Positions 12,101 through 27,000 of a stretch of DNA of 64,000 nucleotides are shown piece by piece. Every line of letters begins with the position of its first letter. The stretch's first letter is position 1. Where the stretch lies: NCBI RefSeq assembly GCF_009914755.1, contig NC_060925.1, one strand, 5' to 3'. The notes under the pieces were generated by a model that had not been told where the DNA came from, did no database searches, and saw nothing but the letters and a program-made list of their open reading frames with translations. This DNA is from the human T2T-CHM13v2.0 reference genome, Homo sapiens. Made by a program: the position numbers and the translations under genes.

Positions 12101-15068
12101 TCAGATGGAATCATCGAATGGACTGGAATGGAATCATTGAATGGACTCGAAAGGGATCATGATTGAATGGAATTGAATGGAATCATCGAATGGTCTCGAT
12201 TGGAATCATTATCAAATGGAATCGAATGGAATCACCGAATAGAATCGAATGGAACAATCATCGAATGGACTCAAATGGAATTATCCTCAAATGGAATGGA
12301 ATGGAATTATCGAATGCAATCGAATGGAATTATCGAATGCAATCGAATAGAATCATCGAATGGACTCGAATGGAATCATCGAATGGAATGGAATGGAACA
12401 GTCAATGAACTCGAATGGAATCATCATTGAATGGAATCGAATGGAATCATCGAGTGGAATCGAATGGAATTATGATCAAATGGAATCGAATGTAATCATC
12501 ATCAAATGGAATCAAAAATAACCATCATCAATTGGTATTGAATGGAATTGTCATCAAATGGAATTCAAAGGAATCATCATCAAATGGAACCGAATGGAAT
12601 CCTCATTGAATGGAAATGAAAGGGGTCATCATCTAATGGAATCGCATGGAATCATCATCAAATGGAATCGAATGGAATCATCATCAAATGGAATCTAATG
12701 GAATCATTGAACAGAATTGAATGGAATCGTCATCGAATGAATTGAATGCAATCATCGAATGGTCTCGAATGGAATCATCTTCTAATGGAAAGGAATGGAA
12801 TCATCGCATAGAATCGAATGGAATTATCATCGAATGGAATCGAATGGTATCAACACCAAACGGAAAAAAACGGAATTATCGAATGGAATCGAAGAGAATC
12901 TTCGAACGGACCCGAATGGAATCATCTAATGGAATGGAATGGAATAATCCATGGACTCGAATGCAATCATCATCGAATGGAATCGAATGGAATCATCGAA
13001 TGGACTCGAATGGAATAATCATTGAACGGAATCGAATGGAATCATCATCGGATGGAAACGAATGGAATCATCATCGAATGGAAATGAAAGGAGTCATCAT
13101 CTAATGGAATTGCATGGAATCATCATAAAATGGAATCGAATGGAATCAACATCAAATCGAATCAAACGGAATCATTGAACGGAATTGAATGGAATCGTCA
13201 TCGAATGAATTGACTGCAATCATCGAATGGTCTCGAATGGAACCATCTTCAAATGGAATGGAATGGAATCATCGCATAGAATCGAATGGAATTATCACCG
13301 AAAGCAATTGAAGGGAATCAACATCAAACGGAAAAAAACGGAATTATCGAATGGAATCGAAGAGAATCATCGAATGGACCCGAATGGAATCATCTAATGG
13401 AATGGAATGGAATAATCCATGGACTCGAATGCAATCATCATCGAATGGAATCGAATGGAATCATCGAATGAACTCGAATGGAATCATCATTGAATGGAAT
13501 CGAATGGAATCATCGAGTGGAATCGAATGGAATTATGATCAAATGGAATCGAATGTAATCATCATCAAATGGAATCAAAAATAACCATCATCAATTGGTA
13601 TTCAATGGAATTGTCATCAAATGGAATTCAAAGGAATCATCATCAAATGGAACCGAATGGAATCCTCATTGAATGGAAATGAAAGGGGTCATCATCTAAT
13701 GGAATCACATGGAATCATCATCAAATGGAATCGAATGGAATCTTCATCAAATGGAATCTAATGGAATCATTGAACAGAATTGAATGGAATCGTCATCGAA
13801 TGAATTGAATGCAATCATCGAATGGTCTCGAATGGAATCATCTTCTAATGGAAAGGAATGGAATCATCGCATAGAATCGAATGGAATTATCATCGAATGG
13901 AATCGAATGGTATCAACACCAAACGGAAAAAAACGGAATTATCGAAAGGAATCGAAGAGAATCTTCGAACGGACCCGAATGGAATCATCTAATGGAATGG
14001 AATGGAATAATCCATGGACTCGAATGCAATCATCATCGAATGGAATCGAATGGAATCATCGAATGGACTCGAATGGAATAATCATTGAACGCAATCGAAT
14101 GGAATCATCATCGGATGGAAATGAATGGAATCATCATCGAATGGAATCGAATAGAATTATGGAATGAAATCCAGTGTGATCATCATCGAATGGACCCGAA
14201 TGGAATCATCATCCAACAGAAGCTAATGGAATCAACATCGAATGAATCGAATGGAAACACCATCGAATTCAAACGAATGGAATTACCATGAAATTGAAAT
14301 GGATGGACTCATCATCGAATGGATTCGGATGGAATCATCGAATAAAATTGATTGAAATCATCATCGAATGAAATCGAATGGTATCATTGAATGGAATCGA
14401 ATGGAATCATCATCAGATGGAAATGAATGGAATCGTCATAGAATGGAATCGAATGGATTCATTGAATGGAATCAGATGGAATCATCGAATGGACTGGAAT
14501 GGAATCATTGAATGGACTCGAAAGGGATCATGATTGAATGGAATTGAATGGAATCATCGAATGGTCTCGATTGGAATCATTTTTAAATGGAATCGAATGG
14601 AATCACCGAATAGAATCGAATGGAACAATCATCGAATGGACTCAAATGGAATTATCCTTAAATGGAATCGAATGGAATTATCGAATGCAATCGAATAGAA
14701 TCATCGAATGGACTCGAATGGAATCATCGAATGGAATGGAATGGAACAGTCAATGAACTCGAATGGAATCATCATTGAATGGAATCGAATGGAATCATCG
14801 AGTGGAATCGAATGGAATTATGATCAAATGGAATCGAATGTAATCATCATCAAATGGAATCAAAAATAACCATCATCAATTGGTATTGAATGGAATTGTC
14901 ATCAAATGGAATTCAAAGGAATCATCATCAAATGGAACCGAATGGAATCCTCATTGAATGGAAATGAAAGGGGTCATCATCTAATGGAATCGCATGGAAT
15001 CATCATCAAATGGAATCGAATGGAATCATCATCAAATGGAATCTAATGGAATCATTGAACAGAATTGA

Positions 15069-17459
15069 ATGGAATCGTCATCGAATGAATTGAATGCAAT
15101 CATCGAATGGTCTCGAATGGAATCATCTTCTAATGGAAAGGAATGGAATCATCGCTTAGAATCGAATGGAATTATCATCGAATGGAATCGAATGGTATCA
15201 ACACCAAACGGAAAAAAACGGAATTATCGAATGGAATCGAAGAGAATCTTCGAACGGACCCGAATGGAATCATCTAATGGAATGGAATGGAATAATCCAT
15301 GGACTCGAATGCAATCATCATCGAATGGAATCGAATGGAATCATCGAATGGACTCGAATGGAATAATCATTGAACGGAATCGAATGGAATCATCATCGGA
15401 TGGAAACGAATGGAATCATCATCGAACGGAAATGAAAGGAGTCATCATCTAATGGAATTGCATGGAATCATCATAAAATGGAATCGAATGGAATCAACAT
15501 CAAATGGAATCAAATGGAATCATTGAACGGAATTGAATGGAATCGTCATCGAATGAATTGACTGCAATCATCGAATGGTCTCGAATGTAATCACATTCTA
15601 ATGGAAAGGAATGGAATCATCGCATAGAATCGAATGGAATTAACATTGAATGGACTCGAATGGAATCAACATCAAACGGAATCAAGCGGAATTATCGAAT
15701 GGAATCGAAGAGAATCATCGAATGGTCTCGAATGGAATCATCTTCTAATGGAAAGGAATGGAATCATCGCATAGAATCGAATGGAATTAACATTGAATGG
15801 ACTCGAATGGAATCAACATCAAATGGAATCAAGCGGAATTATCGAATGAAATCGAAGAGAATCATCGAATGGACTCGAATGGAATCATCTAATGGAATGG
15901 AATGGAATAATCCACGGACTCGAATGCAATCATCATCGTATAGAATCGAATGGAATCATCGAATGGACTCGAATGGAATAATCATCGAACGGAAGCGAAT
16001 GGAATCATCATCGGATGGAAACGAATGGAATCATCATCGAATGGAAATGAAAGGAGTCATCATCTAATGGAATTGCATGGAATCATCATAAAATGGAATC
16101 GAATGGAATCAAAATCAAATGGAATCAAATGGAATCATTGAACGGAATTGAATGGAATCGTCATCAAATGAATTGACTACAATCACCGAATGGTCTCGAA
16201 TGGAATCATCTTCAAATGGAATGGAATGGAATCATCGCATAGAATCGAATGGAATTATCATCGAATGGAATCGAATGGAATCAACATCAAACGGAAAAAA
16301 ACAGAATTATCGTATGGAATCGAAGAGAATCATCGAATGGACCCGAATGGAATCATCTAATGGAATGGAATGGAATAATCCATGGACTCGAATGCAATCA
16401 TCATCGAATGGAATCGAATGGAATCATCGAATGGACTCGAATGGAATAATCATTGAACGGAATCGAATGGAATCATCATCGGATGGAAATGAATGGAATC
16501 ATCATCGAATGGAATCGAATAGAATTATGGAATGAAATCCAGTGTGATCATCATCGAATGGACCCGAATGGAATCATCATTCAACGGAAGCTAATGGAAT
16601 CAACATCGAATGAATCGAATGGAAACACCATCGAATTGAACCGAATGGAATTATCATGAAATTGAAATGGATGGACTCATCATCGAATGGATTCGAATGG
16701 AATCATCGAATAAAATTGATTGAAATCATCATCGAATGGAATCGAATGGTATCATTGAATGGAATCGAATGGAATCATAATCAGATGGAAATGAATGGAA
16801 TCGTCATAGAATGGAATCGAATGGATTCATTGAATGGAATCAGATGGAATCATCGAATGGACTGGAATGGAATCATTGAATGGACTCGAAAGGGATCATT
16901 ATTGAATGGAATTGAATGGAATCATCGAATGGTCTCGATTGGAATCATTATCAAATGGAATCGAATGGAATCACCGAATAGAATCGAATGGAACAATCAT
17001 CGAATGGACTCAAATGGAATTATCCTCAAATGGAATGGAATGGAATTATCGAATGCAATCGAATGGAATTATCGAATGCAATCGAATAGAATCATCGAAT
17101 GGACTCGAATGGAATCATCGAATGGAATGGAATGGAACAGTCAATGAACTCGAATGGAATCATCATTGAATGGAATCGAATGGAATCATCGAGTGGAATC
17201 GAATGGAATTATGATCAAATGGAATCGAATGTAATCATCATCAAATGGAATCAAAAATAACCATCATCAATTGGTATTGAATGGAATTGTCATCAAATGG
17301 AATTCAAAGGAATCATCATCAAATGGAACCGAATGGAATCCTCATTGAATGGAAATGAAAGGGGTCATCATCTAATGGAATCGCATGGAATCATCATCAA
17401 ATGGAATCGAATGGAATCATCATCAAATGGAATCTAATGGAATCATTGAACAGAATTGA
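15069..17459 (+). repeat. 2391-bp expanded unit (+615 bp). Copies at 15069, 22291, 42522, 53870
   Basis: An extra subunit lies between A and B; anchor spacing is 2391 bp in all four copies. Confidence 0.92.
15537..16151 (+). repeat. Divergent 615-bp 'C' subunit (468 bp + internal 147-bp duplication). Also at 22759-23373, 42990-43604, 54338-54952
   Basis: A 147-bp direct repeat starts at 15571 and 15718. It carries GGAATCAAGCGG instead of GGAAAAAAACGG, plus TTAACATTGAATGGACTC, ATCCACGGAC, CGTATAGAATC and CGGAAGCGAA. Confidence 0.9.
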
Positions 17460-19231
17460 ATGGAATGGTCATCGAATGAATTGAATGCAATCATCGAATG
17501 GTCTCGAATGGAATCATCTTCTAATGGAAAGGAATGGAATCATCGCATAGAATCGATTGGAATTATCATCGAATGGAATCGAATGGTATCAACACCAAAC
17601 GGAAAAAAACGGAATTATCGAATGGAATCGAAGAGAATCTTCGAACGGACCCGAATGGAATCATCTAATGGAATGGAATGGAATAATCCATGGACTCGAA
17701 TGCAATCATCATCGAATGGAATCGAATGGAATCATCGAATGGACTCGAATGGAATAATCATTGAACGGAATCGAATGGAATCATCATCGGATGGAAACGA
17801 ATGGAATCATCATCGAATGGAAATGAAAGGAGTCATCATCTAATGGAATTGCATGGAATCATCATCAAATGGAATCGAATGGAATCAACATCAAATGGAA
17901 TCAAATGGAATCATTGAACGGAATTGAATGGAATCGTCATCGAATGAATTGACTGCAATCATCGAATGGTCTCGGAATCATCTTCAAATGGAATGGAATG
18001 GAATCATCGCATAGAATCGAATGGAATTATCATCGAATGGAATCGAATGGAATCAACATCAAACGGAAAAAAACGGAATTATCGAATGGAATCGAAGAGA
18101 ATCATCGAATGGACCCGAATGGAATCATCTAATGGAATGGAATGGAATAATCCATGGACTCGAATGCAATCATCATCGAATGGAATCGAATGGAATCATC
18201 GAATGGACTCGAATGGAATAATCATTGAACGGAATCGAATGGAATCATCATCGGATGGAAATGAATGGAATCATCATCGAATGGAATCGAATAGAATTAT
18301 GGAATGAAATCCAGTGTGATCATCATCGAATGGACCCGAATGGAATCATCATCCAACGGAAGCTAATGGAATCAACATCGAATGAATCGAATGGAAACAC
18401 CATCGAATTGAAACGAATGGAATTATCATGAAATTGAAATGGATGGACTCATCATCGAATGGATTCGAATGGAATCATCGAATAAAATTGATTGAAATCA
18501 TCATCGAATGGAATCGAATGGTATCATTGAATGGAATCGAATGGAATCATCATCAGATGGAAATGAATGGAATCGTCATAGAATGGAATCGAATGGATTC
18601 ATTGAATGGAATCAGATGGAATCATCGAATGGACTGGAATGGAATCATTGAATGGACTCGAAAGGGATCATGATTGAATGGAATTGAATGGAATCATCGA
18701 ATGGTCTCGATTGGAATCATTATCAAATGGAATCGAATGGAATCACCGAATAGAATCGAATGGAACAATCATCGAATGGACTCAAATGGAATTATCCTCA
18801 AATGGAATCGAATGGAATTATCGAATGCAATCGAATGGAATTATCGAATGCAATCGAATAGAATCATCGAATGGACTCGAATGGAATCATCGAATGGAAT
18901 GGAATGGAACAGTCAATGAACTCGAATGGAATCATCATTGAATGGAATCGAATGGAATCATCGAGTGGAATCGAATGGAATTATGATCAAATGGAATCGA
19001 ATGTAATCATCATCAAATGGAATCAAAAATAACCATCATCAATTGGTATTGAATGGAATTGTCATCAAATGGAATTCAAAGGAATCATCATCAAATGGAA
19101 CCGAATGGAATCCTCATTGAATGGAAATGAAAGGGGTCATCATCTAATGGAATCGCATGGAATCATCACCAAATGGAATCGAATGGAATCATCATCAAAT
19201 GGAATCTAATGGAATCATTGAACAGAATTGA
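17460..19231 (+). repeat. 1772-bp unit (4-bp deletion, GGTCTCGGAATC). Copies at 17460, 46689, 58037
   Basis: AATG is missing at ~17974, ~47203 and ~58551. Shared markers GGAATGGTCATC and ATCGATTGGAATT. Confidence 0.88.
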
Positions 19232-21005
19232 ATGGAATCGTCATCAAATTATTTGAATGCAATCATCGAATGGTCTCGAATGGAATCATCTTCTAATGGA
19301 AAGGAATGGAATCATCGCATAGAATCGAATGGAATTATCATCGAATGGAATCGAATGGTATCAACACCAAACGGAAAAAAACGGAATTATCGAATGGAAT
19401 CGAAGAGAATCTTCGAACGGACCCGAATGGAATCATCTAATGGAATGGAATGGAATAATCCATGGACTCGAATGCAATCATCATCGAATGGAATCGAATG
19501 GAATCATCGAATGGACTCGAATGGAATAATCATTGAACGGAATCGATTGGAATCATCATCGGATGGAAACGAATGGAATCATCATCGAATGGAAATGAAA
19601 GGAGTCATCATCTAATGGAATTGCATGGAATCATCATAAAATGGAATCGAATGGAATCAACATCAAATGGAATCAAATGGAATCATTGAACGGAATTGAA
19701 TGGAATCGTCATCGAATGAATTGACTGCAATCATCCAATGGTCTCGAATGGAATCATCTTCAAATGGAATGGAATGGAATCATCGCATAGAATCGAATGG
19801 AATTATCATCGAATGGAATCGAATGGAATCAACATCCAACGGAAAAAAACGGAATTATCGAATGGAATCGAAGAGAATCATCGAATGGACCCGAATGGAA
19901 TCATGTAATGGAATGGAATGGAATAATCCATGGACTCGAATGCAATCATCATCGAATGGAATCGAATGGAATCATCGAATGGACTCGTATGGAATAATCA
20001 TTGAACGGAATCGAATGGAATCATCATCGGATGGAAATGAATGGAATCATCATCGAATGGAATCGAATAGAATTATGGAATGAAATCCAGTGTGATCATC
20101 ATCGAATGGACCCGAATGGAATCATCATCCAACGGAAGCTAATGGAATCAACATCGAATGAATCAAATGGAAACACCATCGAATTGAAACGAATGGAATT
20201 ATCATGAAATTGAAATGGATGGACTCATCATCGAATGGATTAATGGAATCATCGAATAAAATTGATTGAAATCATCATCGAATGGAATCGAATGGTATCA
20301 TTGAATGGAATCGAATGGAATCATCATCAGATGGAAATGAATGGAATCGTCATAGAATGGAATCGAATGGATTCATTGAATGGAATCAGATGGAATCATC
20401 GAATGGACTGGAATGGAATCATTGAATGGACTCGAAAGGGATCATGATTGAATGGAATTGAATGGAATCATCGAATGGTCTCGATTGGAATCATTATCAA
20501 ATGGAATCGAATGGAATCACCGAATAGAATCGAATGGAACAATCATCGAATGGACTCAAATGGAATTATCCTCAAATGGAATCGAATGGAATTATCGAAT
20601 GCAATCGAATGGAATTATCGAATGCAATCGAATAGAATCATCGAATGGACTCGAATGGAATCATCGAATGGAATGGAATGGAACAGTCAATGAACTCGAA
20701 TGGAATCATCATTGAATGGAATCGAATGGAATCATCGAGTGGAATCGAATGGAATTATGATCAAATGGAATCGAATGTAATCATCATCAAATGGAATCAA
20801 AAATAACCATCATCAATTGGTATTGAATGGAATTGTCATCAAATGGAATTCAAAGGAATCATCATCAAATGGAACCGAATGGAATCCTCATTGAATGGAA
20901 ATGAAAGGGGTCATCATCTAATGGAATCACATGGAATCATCATCAAATGGAATCGAATGGAATCTTCATCAAATGGAATCTAATGGAATCATTGAACAGA
21001 ATTGA
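19232..21005 (+). repeat. 1774-bp unit (CG deletion, GGATTAATGG). Second copy at 61562
   Basis: Deletion at ~20241 and ~62571. Shared markers TCATGTAATGG, CTCGTATGG and ACATCCAACGG. Confidence 0.87.
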
Positions 21006-24000
21006 ATGGAATCGTCATCGAATGAATTGAATGCAATCATCGAATGGTCTCGAATGGAATCATCTTCTAATGGAAAGGAATGGAATCATCGCATAGAATC
21101 GAATGGAATTATCATCGAATGGAATCGAATGGTATCAACACCAAACGGAAAAAAACGGAATTATCGAAAGGAATCGAAGAGAATCTTCGAACGGACCCGA
21201 ATGGAATCATCTAATGGAATGGAATGGAATAATCCATGGACTCGAATGCAATCATCATCGAATGGAATCGAATGGAATCATCGAATGGACTCGAATGGAA
21301 TAATCATTGAACGCAATCGAATGGAATCATCATCGGATGGAAATGAATGGAATCATCATCGAATGGAATCGAATAGAATTATGGAATGAAATCCAGTGTG
21401 ATCATCATCGAATGGACCCGAATGGAATCATCATCCAACAGAAGCTAATGGAATCAACATCGAATGAATCGAATGGAAACACCATCGAATTCAAACGAAT
21501 GGAATTACCATGAAATTGAAATGGATGGACTCATCATCGAATGGATTCGGATGGAATCATCGAATAAAATTGATTGAAATCATCATCGAATGAAATCGAA
21601 TGGTATCATTGAATGGAATCGAATGGAATCATCATCAGATGGAAATGAATGGAATCGTCATAGAATGGAATCGAATGGATTCATTGAATGGAATCAGATG
21701 GAATCATCGAATGGACTGGAATGGAATCATTGAATGGACTCGAAAGGGATCATGATTGAATGGAATTGAATGGAATCATCGAATGGTCTCGATTGGAATC
21801 ATTATTAAATGGAATCGAATGGAATCACCGAATAGAATCGAACGGAACAATCATCGAATGGACTCAAATGGAATTATCCTTAAATGGAATCGAATGGAAT
21901 TATCGAATGCAATCGAATAGAATCATCGAATGGACTCGAATGGAATCATCGAATGGAATGGAATGGAACAGTCAATGAACTCGAATGGAATCATCATTGA
22001 ATGGAATCGAATGGAATCATCGAGTGGAATCGAATGGAATTATGATCAAATGGAATCGAATCTAATCATCATCAAATGGAATCAAAAATAACCATCATCA
22101 ATTGGTATTGAATGGAATTGTCATCAAATGGAATTCAAAGGAATCATCATCAAATGGAACCGAATGGAATCCTCATTGAATGGAAATGAAAGGGGTCATC
22201 ATCTAATGGAATCGCATGGAATCATCATCAAATGGAATCGAATGGAATCATCATCAAATGGAATCTAATGGAATCATTGAACAGAATTGAATGGAATCGT
22301 CATCGAATGAATTGAATGCAATCATCGAATGGTCTCGAATGGAATCATCTTCTAATGGAAAGGAATGGAATCATCGCTTAGAATCGAATGGAATTATCAT
22401 CGAATGGAATCGAATGGTATCAACACCAAACGGAAAAAAACGGAATTATCGAATGGAATCGAAGAGAATCTTCGAACGGACCCGAATGGAATCATCTAAT
22501 GGAATGGAATGGAATAATCCATGGACTCGAATGCAATCATCATCGAATGGAATCGAATGGAATCATCGAATGGACTCGAATGGAATAATCATTGAACGGA
22601 ATCGAATGGAATCATCATCGGATGGAAACGAATGGAATCATCATCGAATGGAAATGAAAGGAGTCATCATCTAATGGAATTGCATGGAATCATCATAAAA
22701 TGGAATCGAATGGAATCAACATCAAATGGAATCAAATGGAATCATTGAACGGAATTGAATGGAATCGTCATCGAATGAATTGACTGCAATCATCGAATGG
22801 TCTCGAATGTAATCACATTCTAATGGAAAGGAATGGAATCATCGCATAGAATCGAATGGAATTAACATTGAATGGACTCGAATGGAATCAACATCAAACG
22901 GAATCAAGCGGAATTATCGAATGGAATCGAAGAGAATCATCGAATGGTCTCGAATGGAATCATCTTCTAATGGAAAGGAATGGAATCATCGCATAGAATC
23001 GAATGGAATTAACATTGAATGGACTCGAATGGAATCAACATCAAATGGAATCAAGCGGAATTATCGAATGAAATCGAAGAGAATCATCGAATGGACTCGA
23101 ATGGAATCATCTAATGGAATGGAATGGAATAATCCACGGACTCGAATGCAATCATCATCGTATAGAATCGAATGGAATCATCGAATGGACTCGAATGGAA
23201 TAATCATTGAACGGAAGCGAATGGAATCATCATCGGATGGAAACGAATGGAATCATCATCGAATGGAAATGAAAGGAGTCATCATCTAATGGAATTGCAT
23301 GGAATCATCATAAAATGGAATCGAATGGAATCAAAATCAAATGGAATCAAATGGAATCATTGAACGGAATTGAATGGAATCGTCATCGAATGAATTGACT
23401 GCAATCATCGAATGGTCTCGAATGGAATCATCTTCAAATGGAATGGAATGGAATCATCGCATAGAATCGAATGGAATTATCATCGAATGGAATCGAATGG
23501 AATCAACATCAAACGGAAAAAAACGGAATTATCGAATGGAATCGAAGAGAATCATCGAATGGACCCGAATGGAATCATCTAATGGAATGGAATGGAATAA
23601 TCCATGGACTCGAATGCAATCATCATCGAATGGAATCGAATGGAATCATCGAATGGACTCGAATGGAATAATCATTGAACGGAATCGAATGGAATCATCA
23701 TCGGATGGAAATGAATGGAATCATCATCGAATGGAATCGAATAGAATTATGGAATGAAATCCAGTGTGATCATCATCGAATGGACCTGAATGGAATCATC
23801 ATCCAACGGAAGCTAATGGAATCAACATCCAATGAATCGAATGGAAACACCATCGAATTGAAACGAATGGAATTATCATGAAATTGAAATGGATGGACTC
23901 ATCATCGAATGGATTCGAATGGAATCATCGAATAAAATTGATTGAAATCATCATCCAATGGAATCGAATGGTATCATTGAATGGAATCGAATGGAATCAT

Positions 24001-27000
24001 CATCAGATGGAAATGAATGGAATCGTCATAGAATGGAATCGAATGGATTCATTGAATGGAATCAGATGGAATCATCGAATGGACTGGAATGGAATCATTG
24101 AATGGACTCGAAAGGGATCATGATTGAATGGAATTGAATGGAATCATCGAATGGTCTCGATTGGAATCATTATCAAATGGAATCGAATGGAATCACCGAA
24201 TAGAATCGAATGGAACAATCATCGAATGGACTCAAATGGAATTATCCTCAAATGGAATCGAATGGAATTATCGAATGCAATCGAATGGAATTATCGAATG
24301 CAATCGAATAGAATCATCGAATGGACTCGAATGGAATCATCGAATGGAATGGAATGGAACAGTCAATGAACTCGAATGGAATCATCATTGAATGGAATCG
24401 AATGGAATCATCGAGTGGAATCGAATGGAATTATGATCAAATGCAATCGAATGTAATCCTCATCAAATGGAATCAAAAATAACCATCATCAATTGGTATT
24501 GAATGGAATTGTCATCAAATGGAATTCAAAGGAATCATCATCAAATGGAACCGAATGGAATCCTCATTGAATGGAAATGAAAGGGGTCATCATCTAATGG
24601 AATCGCATGGAATCATCATCAAATGGAATCGAATGGAATCATCATCAAATGGAATCTAATGGAATCATTGAACAGAATTGAATGGAATCGTCATCGAATG
24701 AATTGAATGCAATCATCGAATGGTCTCGAATGGAATCATCTTCTAATGGAAAGGAATGGAATCATCGCATAGAATGGAATGGAATTATCATCGAATGGAA
24801 TCGAATGGTATCAACACCAAACGGAAAAAAACGGAATTATCGAATGGAATCGAAGAGAATCTTCGAACGGACCCGAATGGAATCATCTAATGGAATGGAA
24901 TGGAATAATCCATGGACTCGAATGCAATCATCATCGAATGGAATCGAATGGAATCATCGAATGGACTCGAATGGAATAATCATTGAACGGAAGCGAATGG
25001 AATCATCATCGGATGGAAACGAATGGAATCATCATCGAATGGAAATGAAAGGAGTCATCATCTAATGGAATTGCATGGAATCATCATAAAATGGAATCGA
25101 ATGGAATCAAAATCAAATGGAATCAAATGGAATCATTGAACGGAATTGAATGGAATCGTCATCGAATGAATTGACTACAATCACCGAATGGTCTCGAATG
25201 GAATCATCTTCAAATGGAATGGAATGGAATCATCGCATAGAATCGAATGGAATTATCATCGAATGGAATCGAATGGAATCAACATCAAACGGAAAAAAAC
25301 AGAATTATCGTATGGAATCGAAGAGAATCATCGAATGGACCCGAATGGAATCATCTAATGGAATGGAATGGAATAATCCATGGACTCGAATGCAATCATC
25401 ATCGAATGGAATCGAATGGAATCATCGAATGGACTCGAATGGAATAATCATTGAACGGAATCGAATGGAATCATCATCGGATGGAAATGAATGGAATCAT
25501 CATCGAATGGAATCGAATAGAATTATGGAATGAAATCCAGTGTGATCATCATCGAATGGACCCGAATGGAATCATCATCCAACGGAAGCTAATGGAATCA
25601 ACATCGAATGAATCGAATGGAAACACCATCGAATTGAACCGAATGGAATTATCATGAAATTGAAATGGATGGACTCATCATCGAATGGATTCGAATGGAA
25701 TCATCGAATAAAATTGATTGAAATCATCATCGAATGGAATCGAATGGTATCATTGAATGGAATCGAATGGAATCATCATCAGATGGAAATGAATGGAATC
25801 GTCATAAAATGGAATCGAATGGATTCATTGAATGGAATCAGATGGAATCATCGAATGGACTGGAATGGAATCATTGAATGGACTCGAAAGGGATCATGAT
25901 TGAATGGAATTGAATGGAATCATCGAATGGTCTCGATTGGAATCATTATCAAATGGAATCGAATGGAATCACCGAATAGAATCGAATGGAACAATCATCG
26001 AATGGACTCAAATGGAATTATCCTCAAATGGAATGGAATGGAATTATCGAATGCAATCGAATGGAATTATCGAATGCAATCGAATAGAATCATCGAATGG
26101 ACTCGAATGGAATCATCGAATGGAATGGAATGGAACAGTCAATGAACTCGAATGGAATCATCATTGAATGGAATCGAATGGAATCATCGAGTGGAATCGA
26201 ATGGAATTATGATCAAATGGAATCGAATGTAATCATCATCAAATGGAATCAAAAATAACCATCATCAATTGGTATTGAATGGAATTGTCATCAAATGGAA
26301 TTCAAAGGAATCATCATCAAATGGAACCGAATGGAATCCTCATTGAATGGAAATGAAAGGGGTCATCATCTAATGGCATCGCATGGAATCATCATCAAAT
26401 GGAATCGAATGGAATCATCATCAAATGGAATCTAATGGAATCATTGAACAGAATTGAATGGAATGGTCATCGAATGAATTGAATGCAATCATCGAATGGT
26501 CTCGAATGGAATCATCTTCTAATGGAAACGAATGGAATCATCGCATAGAATCGATTGGAATTATCATCGAATGGAATCGAATGGTATCAACACCAAACGG
26601 AAAAAAACGGAATTATCGAATGGAATCGAAGAGAATCTTCGAACGGACCCGAATGGAATCATCTAATGGAATGGAATGGAATAATCCATGGACTCGAATG
26701 CAATCATCATCGAATGGAATCGAATGGAATCATCGAATGGACTCGAATGGAATAATCATTGAACGGAATCGAATGGAATCATCATCGGATGGAAACGAAT
26801 GGAATCATCATCGAATGGAAATGAAAGGAGTCATCATCTAATGGAATTGCATGGAATCATCATAAAATGGAATCGAATGGAATCAACATCAAATGGAATC
26901 AAATGGAATCATTGAACGGAATTGAATGGAATCGTCATCGAATGAATTGACTGCAATCATCCAATGGTCTCGAATGTAATCATCTTCAAATGGAATGGAA

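Noticed and set aside
15537-16151. 615-bp insert as a mobile element
   Set aside because: It is clearly homologous to the 468-bp satellite subrepeat and lacks terminal repeats or coding capacity.
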